DNA of 63,701 nucleotides, the filler included, from Choristocarpus tenellus KU-1152 (Eukaryota; Protista; Phaeophyceae), in assembly GCA_964200185.2 (NCBI GenBank). It is 11 parts of 11 records of this genome, joined end to end, with 100 filler letters (N's around TTAATTAATTAA, not from the genome) between each part and the next. Parts side by side here need not be neighbours in the genome. Positions count along the whole stretch, not along the records: positions 36,845 to 46,341 come from CAXNAD020003629.1; positions 46,442 to 51,329 come from CAXNAD020012663.1; 9 more parts are not named here. One strand, given 5' to 3'. Under the pieces are notes generated by a model. The model was given only the letters and a program-made list of their open reading frames with translations, ran no database searches and was not told where the DNA came from. Numbering within the stretch: position 1 is the stretch's first letter; each line of letters opens with the position of its first letter. A program made the position numbers and the translations under genes. Shown here piece after piece: positions 36,890 to 50,185 of the stretch.

Positions 36890-37335
36890 GATGATATGGC
36901 AAGATGGGGTGTTGTAGTGTGTTATCACCTCCTGTACCAGCATATCTGTGTACTTCTTGGAGTCCCTCTTCAATAGCTGAGACAGTGTTTGATGCTGATT
37001 GTTGACTTCTTGTGCTTCTGTTGTAGAGGCCTCATACTTCCCCATACTGAAATGGCACTGGATGGGACGGAGGTCCAACGCAGCTATAAGAGCAGGCCAC
37101 CAGCCAGCGCTCTGTGAGTGTTGTGTTGTAGTAGTCAGGATGGCGAGGATAAGAGCCTTGTGGAGACAAGTCACTGTGTCACCAAGAGAGGTCAATCTCT
37201 CCTAAGTGACTGCCCTTAAGTATGTTCCTACAGCAGCAAGATGGTCCCATTCAGGACTGTACTCCTGCATGTTCTAGAACAATGAATCTATCTCGGCCAA
37301 GACCATCTCCAATCTATGCGTGTTGTGGGATATAC
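36890..37335 (-). pseudogene. Coding-like relic (pseudo-exon or TE ORF) with two in-frame TAG stops
   Basis: ISHNTHRLEMVLAEIDSLF*NMQEYSPEWDHLAAVGTYLRAVT*ERLTSLGDTV...LLKRDSKKYTDMLVQE between an acceptor-like tttcacag and a GT; family not recognised. Confidence 0.3.
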
Positions 37336-38696
37336 CTGTGAAATAAAATTGTACAGAGTGGTGTAAAGCGCCAACTGAGTGGTGTAAAGCGCCAACTGCG
37401 TGTGACACATGACGCCCTTTGGTGGGGTGGGGTGTTCTTGTCTAGATGGGCTGTTAGTGTTGATGGATGGGATTGTTTCCGCTCACTACATTGCTGATGT
37501 TGTAGACAAAAAGACCGTTTGTGTCACTTGTGGGATGTGACATGGGACACATTTGCTGTTATGGGGGACACTGGTCAGACAGACACGAATGTGCTTTCAG
37601 GACACACACTCTCACTACTGTCTTGTTTGATACATATTTATTTTTTGGAGTTACTACTTTTTTCCTTGTAGTAAATATTGTTCTGATTTTTTTCTTAATT
37701 ATTATTTTTTGTTCATTTTTTGAGAGTTGTGCCCTCTACGGCCTATGAAGTGGAGGATGTATCCGCTCATACCACTTTAAGATCTTGAATGACCTGAATC
37801 GGGAGACCAATCTCTGTCTTTCAAGGAGCAAGCCTGACCCGCTTTTCAAGTCTCTGGGTTTGTAACCTCCACATGGCACTGTACTCTACAGCAGGGATGC
37901 AGTATCAACTTGTTTCATGTATTGTACACTTTTTGGGGGGGGTTAAGGGGGCTGCAGATATGGCATGTCTGCAAACACAGATATGCATTATCCATGATAA
38001 ATATGTTATTCTCTATGGAGTAGGTTTAAATTTTTAAATACTGTGTGGGTTGCCATTTTTTGGTTTCGTTGTTGTTGATGGTTTTTTCATAATGAAACAT
38101 TCATGTTAAGGTTGAGAGGGGAAGGAGATTTTCAAGACCCTTTCCGAATACACACCCCACATACCTACGTTGTTGACCATGAAGACCTTGTGTTCACTGT
38201 GGTGCTACCATTTTTCATACCTCAGTTGTGGGTGGATGCACACACCAGATTAGGGTCAGGTGGGTTCGTGCTGGGAACATCTGTTCGGAAAACAATTTAG
38301 CAGATTTAATGCTGTTTACTACGTTTTACTTTGCATTTTGTTAACTTGAGCATGGCTTGATAACTCATTATTTACATCTCTTAAAAAAAAGAAGATGAGG
38401 TTCATATTTTTTCATCATTAAAAAAATAAGAAGTGCATGTCCAATTTTTGTCTTTCTTTGGCGAGCAGACCCTAGATGTGAATTGATGCTATTGTGTACC
38501 ACAATTCACCTTAACATTTTTAACATTTTTTTCAATCCAGTGCAATCTCTTCGTTGTCCGCAAGGTCCATTCTTGTCTTAAATTGTACCCATTCATACAC
38601 ACACACGCACGCGCACACACACACACACACGCACACACACACACACATACATACACCATACACACAAATATGCACACAAATTCACGCGCATTGTAG

Positions 38697-41600
38697 ATTC
38701 AAGGAGACAGTTCAACAAACGTTTGAGGTTTCGCTGGGTCGACCTACTGGACTAATCCTGGAGCAACAGGTTGAGCCCGTGTCCAACTCTCCTACAGCCG
38801 TGGTTGTTGCTGGGGTGACCCCAGGCAGTCCAGCAGATGAGAGTGGGGTGGAACCGGGTGACAAGATTGTGGCTGTCACAAGCAGCCTGGGGCAACAGCT
38901 CTGGGAACACCGGTTAGTTGATATGGATCAGTCCTGTAGGGTTAGGGTTAGTAGGGGCTGACACATGAGTGCTCTTGTCTTTTTCTAAGAGAGATCTCTC
39001 ACGCCAATACCTTGCTGTTTTAGTGATTGTTAGGGTATGACATCATCTACGATAAGCACCTACCCTAACCCTAATTTTCAAGGACTGTATATTATTTTGC
39101 TTAAGATCAAGGGTATTTTTTTTTTTGTGCGCATAAAGTAAAAAATCCCCGAAAATATATCTCACCCCCAATATTATTCCAGGTTTCTCTAAAAAAAATA
39201 CATTTTGTTTGTTCTGTTTTTCATGTTATATTCGTGGTTACCTACGTACACATAGGTGTGTGTGTGTGTGTGTGTGTGTGTTTATGCGTAGAAAATGTAG
39301 CACAGTGTTTACAGTGATGCTGTGCATTTTTTCGTAAATGAGAAGGTGTAAATGATGCCCGAATCGAGGCTGATTTGACAGTTTTAGCTGTGATGGTAAC
39401 AGAAACCGCGCAAAATGCTAAGGCCTCTTCCCAATGGATTTTTTTCCAAAGTATTTGTATTCAAACAGAGTGGGGAATGGGATAGGGACGCCTCCAAAAT
39501 AATTAGAAAATTGAAAATGTAAAAAAAAAAATTGACACCGTTTAGAAATGCCCCTTATCCTGCACACATACACACAGTAGAGGTGAAGCCCAGTTGAAGT
39601 CTTTTGACTTTGAACCAGTTCTTGTATTGCCTCCTGTCAAATTCTTCTGTGGTTTACATACCCTGTTGCATTGCTTTCAGACCACTTCCTAGACAGAGAC
39701 ATTTGGGATGTTTTTGGGTGCTCTTGAGATGACACACACACACACACACACACACACACAAGGGTGTGTGCTTGGCTTGGCAGCAGCGCTATTTATCTTG
39801 TAGTTTTGTGTTTGGAAGTGTGTTGGAGATGAGTTTTGATATGTTTATGTGGTTAGGTGAAAAGAAGGGGTAAAGATATTTTTGAACTTACGGTTTAGTT
39901 TTGTACTTAGCATGGGTGTTATTATTAAATAGTCTGCAATAATTCTGTCAAGTTACAACACGCTACAAAGTACAAGGACACTGCTCTGTAGCTATGCCGG
40001 GGGGGCAGGGGAACAAGACTATGGTAGGCTCATTGTTCACAATAGAACTCATTCTTGTTGTATCAAGGGATACTTGAAAAATGAGGGTGCTTGTGGAGGT
40101 AGAAGAAATTTGAACCTGGTTTGGGTTTTGGTGGGGTTGGCAAAAGACTTGCTGTCATCCACGTCCATGAGCTGAATTCCTCTGTGAGACCTTGAACGAA
40201 TGTATCCCTTCTTGTCTTCTCTAGCAAATAGAGGCAGTTATATCAGAGTATGTTAACATGTATGGTCCCTCCCAACTCCCCAATGCCTTCCTAACGAGCC
40301 GTCTCCACCCTCTTCCTTTCACGGCCTCTTCCCTTGGGTACTTTTTTTTGTCCATGTGTGCAGGAGTGTGGAGGGTGTAACGAGTGCTATCCGATCTCGG
40401 ATTGGCACCACAGTTAGCTTCCGGTTTGAGAGAACTATTGGGTTGGGGGTGTGGAAAGACCCTTCGTCTCTGGTATGTGTCTCTATCGTTCGTGTTTTGT
40501 ACTTATTTTTATTTAGACTTGGAGGATTTTTTTTTTTTTTTTTAAAATAGGCTATTGAATCGGTATCGATTTTTTTTTTTGTTGTAGAGGTTGAGGATTG
40601 GTGTTGTATTTGAGAGTAGGTGAGGTGAGTAAGGTCTGGTGTTTGGCCTACGGAGAGTTGTGGTAGTTGTGGTTTGTGTGGTTTGTGAGGCTTGTGAGGT
40701 TTGTAGCGGTCTTTCGAGTGTTGAAGCTTTACTGATCGTGGAATTGGTTGTTAGGGGATGTGGTCAAACTTGTGATGTTAATGTTGGAACTGTTTGTTAC
40801 CCTTGTCACAGCTTATTTGATTGGTTGGATGGACTAGGAAGGCTCTTCTTGAAATTAAGAATTGAGGTAGGGCACCTCCTGCTTTGAATGTATTGTATCC
40901 TTTAGTACTGTGTTTTGTGATTGGTCAGTCTTAGAAGTCAAGCACCCTCTTGCTGCAGTTATCTGTGTAATAGCAGGTCTTATGTAAAAGAGCAGGATGT
41001 CATCGCTCCTACCCCTTCATATCTAATCAGTGCATTTCAGAACCAGTATCAATACATGATAACGCCTTTCCAAAGGTTGTAACCCCTCTGCCACCTCCCC
41101 CTCCCCCCTCCATGTTGGTTGTTCCCACTCACAGAAAGGAGACGACATGATGAGCACTGCCTTTGACTCTACCCTTCAGACATACGGAAGACTTGGTGGC
41201 GACCTCTCTGCCCTCCCTGCCTCCCCTCGTGAGCGTCCACCAAGTCGACGTAACAGTAACACAAACGGGTTGAACGGAGCGGGGGAGGGGGAGGGGGAGA
41301 GGGAGGAAGGGGGGTTGGGTGCAAGACAGCGTTTATCTTCCTTGTCTGGCATTTCTCACAATGCATTAGATACCACAGGCGGAGAGGGGGAAGGGACTGT
41401 ATCTGCAGTCAGCCTTGATGACCAGATGGAGTTGAATGGCAATGGTGTCAGAGATGGTGTCAGAGATGGTGGTGATGATACTGAACTTGTTGGGAGAAGA
41501 GGAGGTGGCTGGAGTGCGTGGAGGAGGGAGGGAGTTGATGCTGGGGATGGGGGACGGGGGGATTTTGATGCAGCTGAAGACAAGGAGGAGGATGATTTGA

Positions 41601-44600
41601 GGATGAGGACTTCGAAAATGGGGAGGGTCAGTGCAGTGGAAGCTATGGGTTATCAAGGGTTTGGAGAAGTAGGGGGATCGCAGAGTGGAGATGCTCAGAG
41701 TGAGGCAAGGGTCATTGTCTTGGAGAGGTGTGGGGCCCTGGTGAGGGCGTATGGGGCCAGGCAGGAGCCATGGTCTGTGGATAAGGTATTGGTGAAGCTG
41801 ATTAAGGCCCGGGTGACTATGGATGCTCGTTTCATCAACAGTGTTATGGTGAGAAAAAAAAGAGGGTCTAAAATTGGGGGTAGAGTTAGGGGTTGGGGAG
41901 GGGGGTATGAGGTAGTAAAATTGATTGTGGGTGCTAGGTGTACACCCCTTGTTGCTTCTCATCAACGGTGATTCTGTCACTATTTGCTGCTGCTGTGTGT
42001 GTGACTTGTATTACAGCCTTGTCTGTGTTGTACCTTTTATTGTCTCCTTTGGTCCATACCCTTTGCTGTATTTTCATTCTTGTTTAACTGGTCTATGCTT
42101 GTTTAGAGTACATCTACAGCATAGCGTTCATCCCTTGTTATGAAACTGTTATGAAACTGTTATGTCCTCATCCCCCTTGCGGATGGTTTATTTTTTATTT
42201 TGCAATATGCCCACTGGAAGAATAAATACACATCTCACCCTTGTAGACTGCTGCGCAGTCCTCCTGTTTGTTGAAAGCCCTCTGTGAGTAATATTCAGTT
42301 GTGTTTTATAGTGGACTTTCTCCTCTTCACACAGTGCTCAGAATCTGTTCACCAAGAGGACACTCCAAATTGAAGACCCCGGTGTTGCTTTTTTTTTTCT
42401 TTTGGGGTAGGAGGCCAATCATGCTTCCCTCACATTCTTCTACTTGAATTGATATTTTATTGGTCAGCAATGTAATTTGCCAATGAGTGCGAAGTGAGCT
42501 CCTTAGATGTGTGGTCATGTTTACTGAAATGCCCAAGAGTATTTTTTGGTTGTGTTATGGGAACTTTCATGTTTTGAATCACGCCTCACCTTTTTAATCC
42601 TGTAACTGTCAATGGCTTTTCACATTGTAGTAGCACAACATCTAAACGCCTGATGAGATTTCCTTTAAAAAAAAATGAAGTTCAGAAACAATCACTGCTG
42701 AGGTATGCTGGGATTGAACAGCAAGGAGAATAGTGAAGCTTGTACACCAATACACACACACACACACACAAACTGACCTTCTTCCCTGGTAAATTCTTGC
42801 CACCACCCTCCCCACCATGCCCCCTGACCCAAGCTTGCATACATTGCATGCAGGGAGTACACCAAAGCAGCAGACCTGTTCTTCGCTGCCACAGGCATCT
42901 CTTGGGAGGTATACTCTCCTAAGGGTAATGTGGAGTTGAAGGACCGACAGGTTAAGAGAAGAGCCGAAATTGTTGCTGCAAAGGCCATTGAGGCCAGGGA
43001 GTTGGCCCTTATGGAAGCCGAGAACTTGGACTCTACTGATGCCAAGGCCCGGGGTGAAGAGGTTGAGGGTGAACGTGCGGTTGCAAGTGAGGCTGGTTTT
43101 GGCTCTGTGGTTGAATATGCTGGCCCCGGAGCTTTGACCAAGGATGGATCTGACGTTGTTGAGACTGACTTTGGAGCTCTTTCTTCTGATCCAGTGTCTT
43201 CGGAAGAGGGTGTTGTTCAAGTTGAAGTTGAAGTTAAGAAAGCCGGTGCTGCTGCCGTTGGAAGTGATGTCCCCTCTGGAGTGTTGTCGAGTGAAGAGGA
43301 GGAAAAGGCTGAGCCGGCCCAGTCTCTCTCTGTGATCAGTTTTGTCCCCAAGTCATGCGATCCAAATGTACTCCTGTGCACGACATTGATCAAGGCAAGA
43401 GGACGACAACGGCGTTTGGACGAGGCCTTCCGAGTGCTGGAGAATCTGGAATGTTGGGGACTTGAACCAGACGTTGGGGTGTTCAACAGCCTTACTGCAG
43501 CGGCTGTATGGAATGATAAGATGGACATGGCCCTCGAGGTATGCAAAATTTCCAGTGTTGTTGGGGGGCAGGGGGGCGGTGGGGTGTGTGAATGAGGGAG
43601 AGGTCTATTGGGCAAGAGACCAATCTAAAGTGCTGAAGAGAGGGGGGTCACTATGAAATGGAGGCATTGATGATGATGATGATTTTTGATTATTTTTTTT
43701 TAGTGTTTATGATCAGAATTACCAGAGTTTAGAGGGGTTTTATACGCATTCATACAATACAAAGTACTGTTGCATTTTGTTGGGTTAGGGTTAGGGTTGT
43801 TTAGATCAATGCACGGACAAGAAAAACCTCTCTTCTTTTTGAAAATACTTTTCAATAGCATGTAAGGTGGAAATCGTAGTTTGTGCTTCACCTTACATTG
43901 CTTCAGGCGGGAAGCAGCTTGTTGCTTCCTTCCCCATCCCCACAACCTTAGCGTACACAAGAAGTGTCAAGAAAACGAAAGTACAGTCATACCCCCACAG
44001 TTTACCAAAAGTACTGGGTGTACCAATACACAGGATTATGTTTATGTATTGTATGTGGAAATTGTACCCTCACTCCCCCTGGAAAGGTTGCCCTGCCTCT
44101 CATGCTCATGTTGCTGTTTTCGTTGTACCTCAGACTAGACTGCTTTGCCCTCTTTCTAGTATGCTCTGCAATGTGTATCTGGTTTTCAACCCATAAATAC
44201 CAATACATACGTATGTACGTGTATGTTTATGTTGATCATCATGCAGATATGGATTCAGAACTTTGAGTGACCTACCTCTGTATGAACTCTTTAAAAAATA
44301 TTATTTAGGGTGTAAATCGATCAAGAAATGCTATTATAACTTTTTTTGTTTGCTATACACGCCAATCCCCCCCTCTCCCTCCCCCTGATCTCCAATGCTG
44401 GCAGTTGGTGCAGGGGACAATGGATGCCTGGGGGGTGAAGCCAGATACAATGTCGTACAATGTGCTTATTGATGGGTATGCTAGACTCAAAGAGGTGGAA
44501 AATGCCTTCACGATGTTTAGTAAAATGAAGGCAAGAGAGGACTATTCCTGTTTTGGATTTATGTTTTGGCTAATGTCTGAGAGCGACCGGTTTGTCCATG

Positions 44601-45529
44601 TGTATCTATCTGTGTATTTGTGTGTGTGTGAATATAGTCAACCCTTCTGCAGTCTTTTGTCTTTGATCTTTCTGTGAATTCTTACTGCGTGTAGTGGAGT
44701 GTAGTGGAATGTGGAGGAGAAATGGTCAAGCATTCAGAGGGCATATATTTTGTTGAAGGCAGAGAAATCGATCAATCCATGGTGTTAAAAAAAAAGTGTC
44801 TCAAGTGATGGTGAACCGGCTCTTATGTTTCTGGATCTATTTTTGAACCCTGTGTGTTCTTTGAGTGAACATTTAAATATCATTTTGCTGATGTGGCAAC
44901 AATTCCCATCTTGGAGGCAAATTAATCTTCAAGATATATATATATATTTTCCCATCCCCCTTCCCATAACAATTTCATAACCATGTCTTAGAATTTCGTT
45001 TGCAGTTTGTTTTGGTTGTGTGTTTTTTGTTTTTAAAATGTGGTTCCGCTCTTATTTTCTTAATTTATTTTCATCTTTTTGTGGCTCGCGGTGGTGGAAA
45101 TTGTGTTCTCTTTGTTATCACATCTAGTTTTTTTTATTGTACTGAAAACATTTTTTTCATTCTTTATTTTCCTACGAGCTTATCTCAGTACACGCTGTCT
45201 CTCGGAGGAAAAAAAATTATGTACTTTTTTTTCCCATTAAAAAAGAAAAAATAGGATGGCTTTCGGCCGCGCTTGGAATTATTTTCAACAACAAAAAAAA
45301 GATGATGCATGAAGGCATCTTTTTCCTTCCCCGCCCCTCTCCACATGTATCCACCACACACGGCTAACACCAGGCGATGGGGCTCCATCCCGATGTAGTC
45401 ACCATGACAACACTCATCAAGGCCCAGGTGACTATGGGAGATCTTCGAGGAGGGCTATCAACCCTGGTGGATGCAATGAGGAATGAATCGATTGCGCCTG
45501 ATGCGCCCATGTTCAACACCCTCATACAG
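38697..45529 (+). CDS. PDZ-domain + pentatricopeptide-repeat (PPR) protein, internal fragment; exons 38697-38912, 40364-40472, 41135-41848, 42834-43538, 44405-44530, 45374-45529
   Basis: PDZ: FEVSLGRPTGLILEQ...VVVAGVTPGSPADESGVEPGDKIVAVTSSLGQQLWEHR|SVEGVTSAIRSR. PPRs: ARFINSVM|LAYIACREYTKAADLF; PNVLLCTTLIKARGRQRRLDEAFRVLENLECWGLEPDVGVFNSL; KPDTMSYNVLIDGYARLKEVENAFTMFSKMK|AMGLHPDVVTMTTLIKA; APDAPMFNTLIQ. All six exons are in phase. Confidence 0.85.
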
Positions 45530-46053
45530 GTGGGTGAGGATATTCCCGCTGCATTGGTTGGTGTTGTGCTATGTGGAATAGCTTTGATTAGGGATGTTTT
45601 TGTTAATATGTCGATCTGATTTGGTTTTTGTGACTGCATACTGTGTTACCTACAGAATGTGGCGCATGACATGCGTGGTGATGATGGTGATGATGGTGAT
45701 GATGGGTTGGTTGCAACCATGTACGCTTTACTGCTTTGCTGTAAGAAGGGAGGGCGTGAGGGGAAGTGGATGGGGGGATAGAGTTTGATAGTATATGCAC
45801 ATGTATCTAATGTGCACATGTACCTAATGTACACATGTATCTCTCACGGTGTTTCTCGTTGTTAGGTCGTTCTGAGTTGTGGACAATATAAATATAAATG
45901 GCACATTGTGTGAGTGTATCATCAAATGTCGTTGGAGGTTCTCTTTTGAAATGTTTTTTGGTTCCACGGTGGTAGCGGGGGATCATCTCTTGAAATGTCG
46001 TAGGTGTACTTGATGTGTACTTGTAGTCTCCCTAATGTCAAGGGGCTTCGACT

Positions 46054-46081
46054 TTAGGGTTAGGGTTAGGGTTAGGGTTAG
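46054..46081 (+). repeat. Interstitial telomeric repeat (TTAGGG)4+
   Basis: TTAGGGTTAGGGTTAGGGTTAGGGTTAG; the longest of about 12 short arrays in the window. Confidence 0.9.
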
Positions 46082-46341
46082 TGTCTGATCTGTGAGTTGT
46101 TAATTGTTATTGTGATTTATGTGCAGCACTCTTAGGTTGTCTGTACACCTTCAGATGCTTGGGAGTATTGTGGACAGGGATGTTGCAAGGGGCTCCAGTC
46201 CAAATCAAGGAACCCGCCACATCTTCCCCAATAAATATGATTGAATCAATAAAGATGAGGTGGCCATATGTAAGGTGTGGGGGGGGGGGGGGGGGGGGGT
46301 GGTTCTGACTGTTGCATGAAATACGGTCAAAGGGACAACCT

Positions 46342-46441
46342 NNNNNNNNNNNNNNNNNNNNNNNNNNNNNNNNNNNNNNNNNNNNTTAATTAATTAANNN
46401 NNNNNNNNNNNNNNNNNNNNNNNNNNNNNNNNNNNNNNNNN
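46342..46441. other. Artificial contig linker
   Basis: N44-TTAATTAATTAA-N44. Confidence 0.98.
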
Positions 46442-49400
46442 CCCCCCCCCCCCCCCCCCCACCCCCTTCCGCCGCTAAATTTTGTATGTTGTATATTGTA
46501 AACATCGTTGGATACTTTGGTGAGTGACTACTTTGCACCCAAGTAGTTACGACTGGAGTCTGTTAATTGGTAGCCAAGAACATGAGAGGCTGCACGTCAT
46601 TTTCATGCCGTGTTTCTTCTTCCTTATGGGGTATTTACACGCCAGATGTTGTGCTTAATACACTTATACACACACTTGCCAACTCTGAAGCATGGTAGCA
46701 AGTGGTTTAATTTGTTACGTGCAGATCCCCCCACCCTCTCCTCAAGACTGTTGCTGTCTCCTCCTTCTGGTGGAAAGTAAGATTGAGACTACCCACAATT
46801 CCAGTGGAATTCTGGAGTACAGTGTGGATCGTTGATTGTGGGATGTCAAATATATTTGTGCATGTGTGCATGCAATGGGTTCTGACCTTGTGTTTTAGAC
46901 TTAGGATGGTAAGAGTGCGCTGTCGAGCAAGTGCCGAGGTATTTGTAAGCTCATTGACTGGCCATCTTTGTATAGGTGGTGAACATACCGGGTGCACAGG
47001 TATCCGTCGTGTGTTTTGGTACTTACTGACCCAATTGAAGATTTACAGGCCTTGGGGGTTCAGGGGGTGCTGTTTGGGGGAGCGTTTCAGATGGTTAAAC
47101 CCAGGTCCCTCACTTTTAAATTATAACTTCTTTGGTTTTGAGATGGTTTGTAATCTCCTGCTGTGTGGGTTATGCCCGTGATGGTGAGAAGATGAACTCC
47201 TACTTTTTGAGAAAACATCACGTGTTGCCCCTGATGAGCTCGTCAAGAAGACTGGATGTTGGGATGTAAACGTTCATGTCTTGGACGATAAGGTTTGAAG
47301 ATGTTCAGTTGACAGTAAAAGTTATTCTGTAGCATCAGAAAGTGATCTTTTAGTGTTTCCTGGGTGCTACAGGGCGTTCTATGAGTTGGTGGCGGTTTCA
47401 GCTCAAACAGAGCGACCCCTGGGTAGGTTGGAGAGCAACTGCATGCCTGTGGATCCATCATGCCTGCGGATCCCTTCTATGAACTGAGAAATCGGTGGGA
47501 TTAACTCAAAGTAGATTTCTACTCTTGACAAAAGTGTCGATAGACGGCTGGACTGGCGTTATCCATATCCCCAAGCCAAAGATACCACCACCAAGGATGT
47601 GTGCTTCATGGAATGGAGCCTTTCCATATGAAACGACCCGATGAAGACCACCTATATGCAGTTGCTAGTTTTCCACTCTGAACTCCCTTCTGCCTCATGT
47701 TGGAGACAAGGGTTCCTTGTAGCGTCAAGAAAGAGAACAAGAGATAAAGAATGAAAGGCGAAGAAGCCTCACATTTTATTTTTGCAGAAATTGCAGATAA
47801 TATTGCTCTCACTCGCCCCCCCTACTCTGTGCTTCATTCCCTTGTGGTGCCTTTGCCTTGCATTACTCTCACACACACACATTTGGTTTTTCACTTGACA
47901 TGTGGGAAATCTAAGGCCGTTTCTTACTGTGTACAAAAGTTTAGTCCTTGAAAATCACAAGTGGGGGCGGGGCATACGGTGCGATTTTTGTTAAACTATA
48001 CTTGGGCAATTCATGCTCTGATATTTAACTTTACATCATGGAGCAAGTACCTAGACATGGTTATAATGGTAGCCATATCTGACTTGACTTAAAAAGGCTG
48101 AATTTTTTATGCTTTTGTGGATACACACATTAGAGCTCTACAAACTTCTACCAAGAACAAGGCACTTTTTTTGATGACTTTCTACCTTCTGCAGCTCTTA
48201 TGCTGTGTACGTATGACAGTTTAAAATTTCATCTCTTTGGTGACAAGTCCGATATTTCGATCATTATATACCCGTATGTAGGTATTTGCTCTCTGGTGCT
48301 GAATCAAGAATCAGAACATAAGACGGTCATGTCCAGTTGAAGAAAATTGAGAACACATGCCTGAAATTGTTATGTTCGGATAACAATTTTTTTTCGAAGA
48401 ATACAACAGGTAGATAGATGGCTTAAGGGCTTCTCACAATTCACAAGTACATTGAGTTGGCAAGATATAATGCATTGAACACTAGATAGAGCTCAACAAA
48501 CACACACTCATGGAGGAATTTTTTAAAGTATATATCTTGATTAGAAATGTACACAAAGGAAGGGAATACTGTGTTTTGAGGAGGTGTATGATTGCCATGG
48601 TTTATCTTATTGTAAGGTATATTTGAGCGTGATTATCATGTGTACGTATGATGACTGAATGTAGGCTATGTTCTTCTTTATTGATTTTTCATTCGTTAGA
48701 TGCATTTTTTAATGAACTTTGTCTGAATTCATCTACATTGTGTTCTTTGGATTTGGAGAGTTTTTTTTGCAGGGGTGAGGGGGACGTCATCGAGGAAAAT
48801 CTTTGCTACTGATTTTTGGAAAGGGTAGACCCAATGGGTTGGTTGGTGTTGTGATGAATAGTTTTTCGGTGTGTGTGTTTGCTTTCTATTTTCATGCGTG
48901 TTACAGAAGTTTTCTTGTAGGATGGCAAGTTTTGTAATTTGATATTCATGGTCATGGTCATGGCAGGATAAAGAATAGGATGATGTCCTCATGTTTTTTT
49001 TTTTTCAGCTTTGAGTTGAGATCGTGTTGTGAATCATAACGATTCAGGCAAGTTGATATGTTCGTTTGAAGACTAATTGAGATCACAAAGTGGGTATTTT
49101 GATTGGTAGATTATAATCTTGTGCGCATGTCCCTACCCAATAGATTTGCTTTATGCTTCCTTTCTGTGCGTACACTTTGATTTGTTTTAAACGTACTTAA
49201 GATACAATATTGTACTAAGTTCTTTAAACCCACAGCACTGGAATTGTGGGTTGACACATGGCCTTGTGTGCCACACACTACTGGGCTGAAGTGAACTTTG
49301 GTGTTGAAGTGATGAGGATGAAATATTGTGCTTCTGTCTCAGAAAAGGACCTAACTGGGATGGAGAGTGTGATCCACAGTATCACTGCATTCGTTGGTTG

Positions 49401-50089
49401 GCCCAGTAGCAACCCATTTAAGCTCTAGGGTTCTTCTTTTGAGCACCGTCTTGGCAGCAGCCATGGTCGCTTTTTTGTACTTTGAACTTGCCTAAAGAGC
49501 AATATTACATTTGGCCAATACCTGCACTTGTGTTGGAGAGATTATGATGGTACTAGACCTCGCCAGAGTTAGGTTGTCTTTCTTCTTGATCCACCCCCCC
49601 CCCCCTGCACACTGCCACCTCATTTAATTCTTGTCCTGTTGAAGCGTCAAATCAGTCAACGGCGTACATCAGTGAACACACCTTTGGACTCATTGTTGTT
49701 AGCTGTTCGGTGCCTCTTCCAGAAAGATATGCAGTTTGTTGTTGTGTATACCTTGGATTGAAGGTTTAATTGCGTCCTCAAGACTCCCAATCACGATGAG
49801 AGGCGCCTCTAATGTGGTATTTTGTTTCTTGCTGAAGAAGTTGCATCTTGGGCCGGAAATTGCAGGCACAATCTGCTCGTTCTTGCCAAGTTGCCATCGG
49901 ATTGATGTTGAATATCTGTCGATTTTTTTTTTGTACTGCTGGTGTATTTCAATGCTATTGACCCTCATTTCTGTCTTTAATTCTCATCCCTTGTGGGGAG
50001 TTGGACCCTACCCTGACATAAGCTCCGTCTTTCTGCCTCATCCTCCACATTTTTATTTTCATTGTGTGTCTGTGTGTGTATGCATTCAG

Positions 50090-50185
50090 GTTGACCAGCT
50101 TGCCGGCTTGTATCAGCCCCAGTCAATGCTTACTATTGAGAACCAGCCGTTTTCAGGGCCACAGGCCATCATTGGGAAGTATAAG
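50090..50185 (+). CDS. NTF2: Nuclear transport factor 2, single internal exon
   Basis: cag|VDQLAGLYQPQSMLTIENQPFSGPQAIIGKYK|gt matches the NTF2 L..LY...SMLT.E...F.G...I..K pattern; other exons not located. Confidence 0.78.

Noticed and set aside
41366-43615. Long antisense ORFs (41366-41980, 42642-43220, 43217-43615)
   Set aside because: Shadows of the + strand PDZ-PPR exons
12396-45529. Photosynthesis gene cluster (chlD, lhcf, PPR)
   Set aside because: The genes lie on different contigs joined artificially
47240-47720. Possible TE or gene relic upstream of the NTF2 exon
   Set aside because: No recognisable motifs in any frame examined
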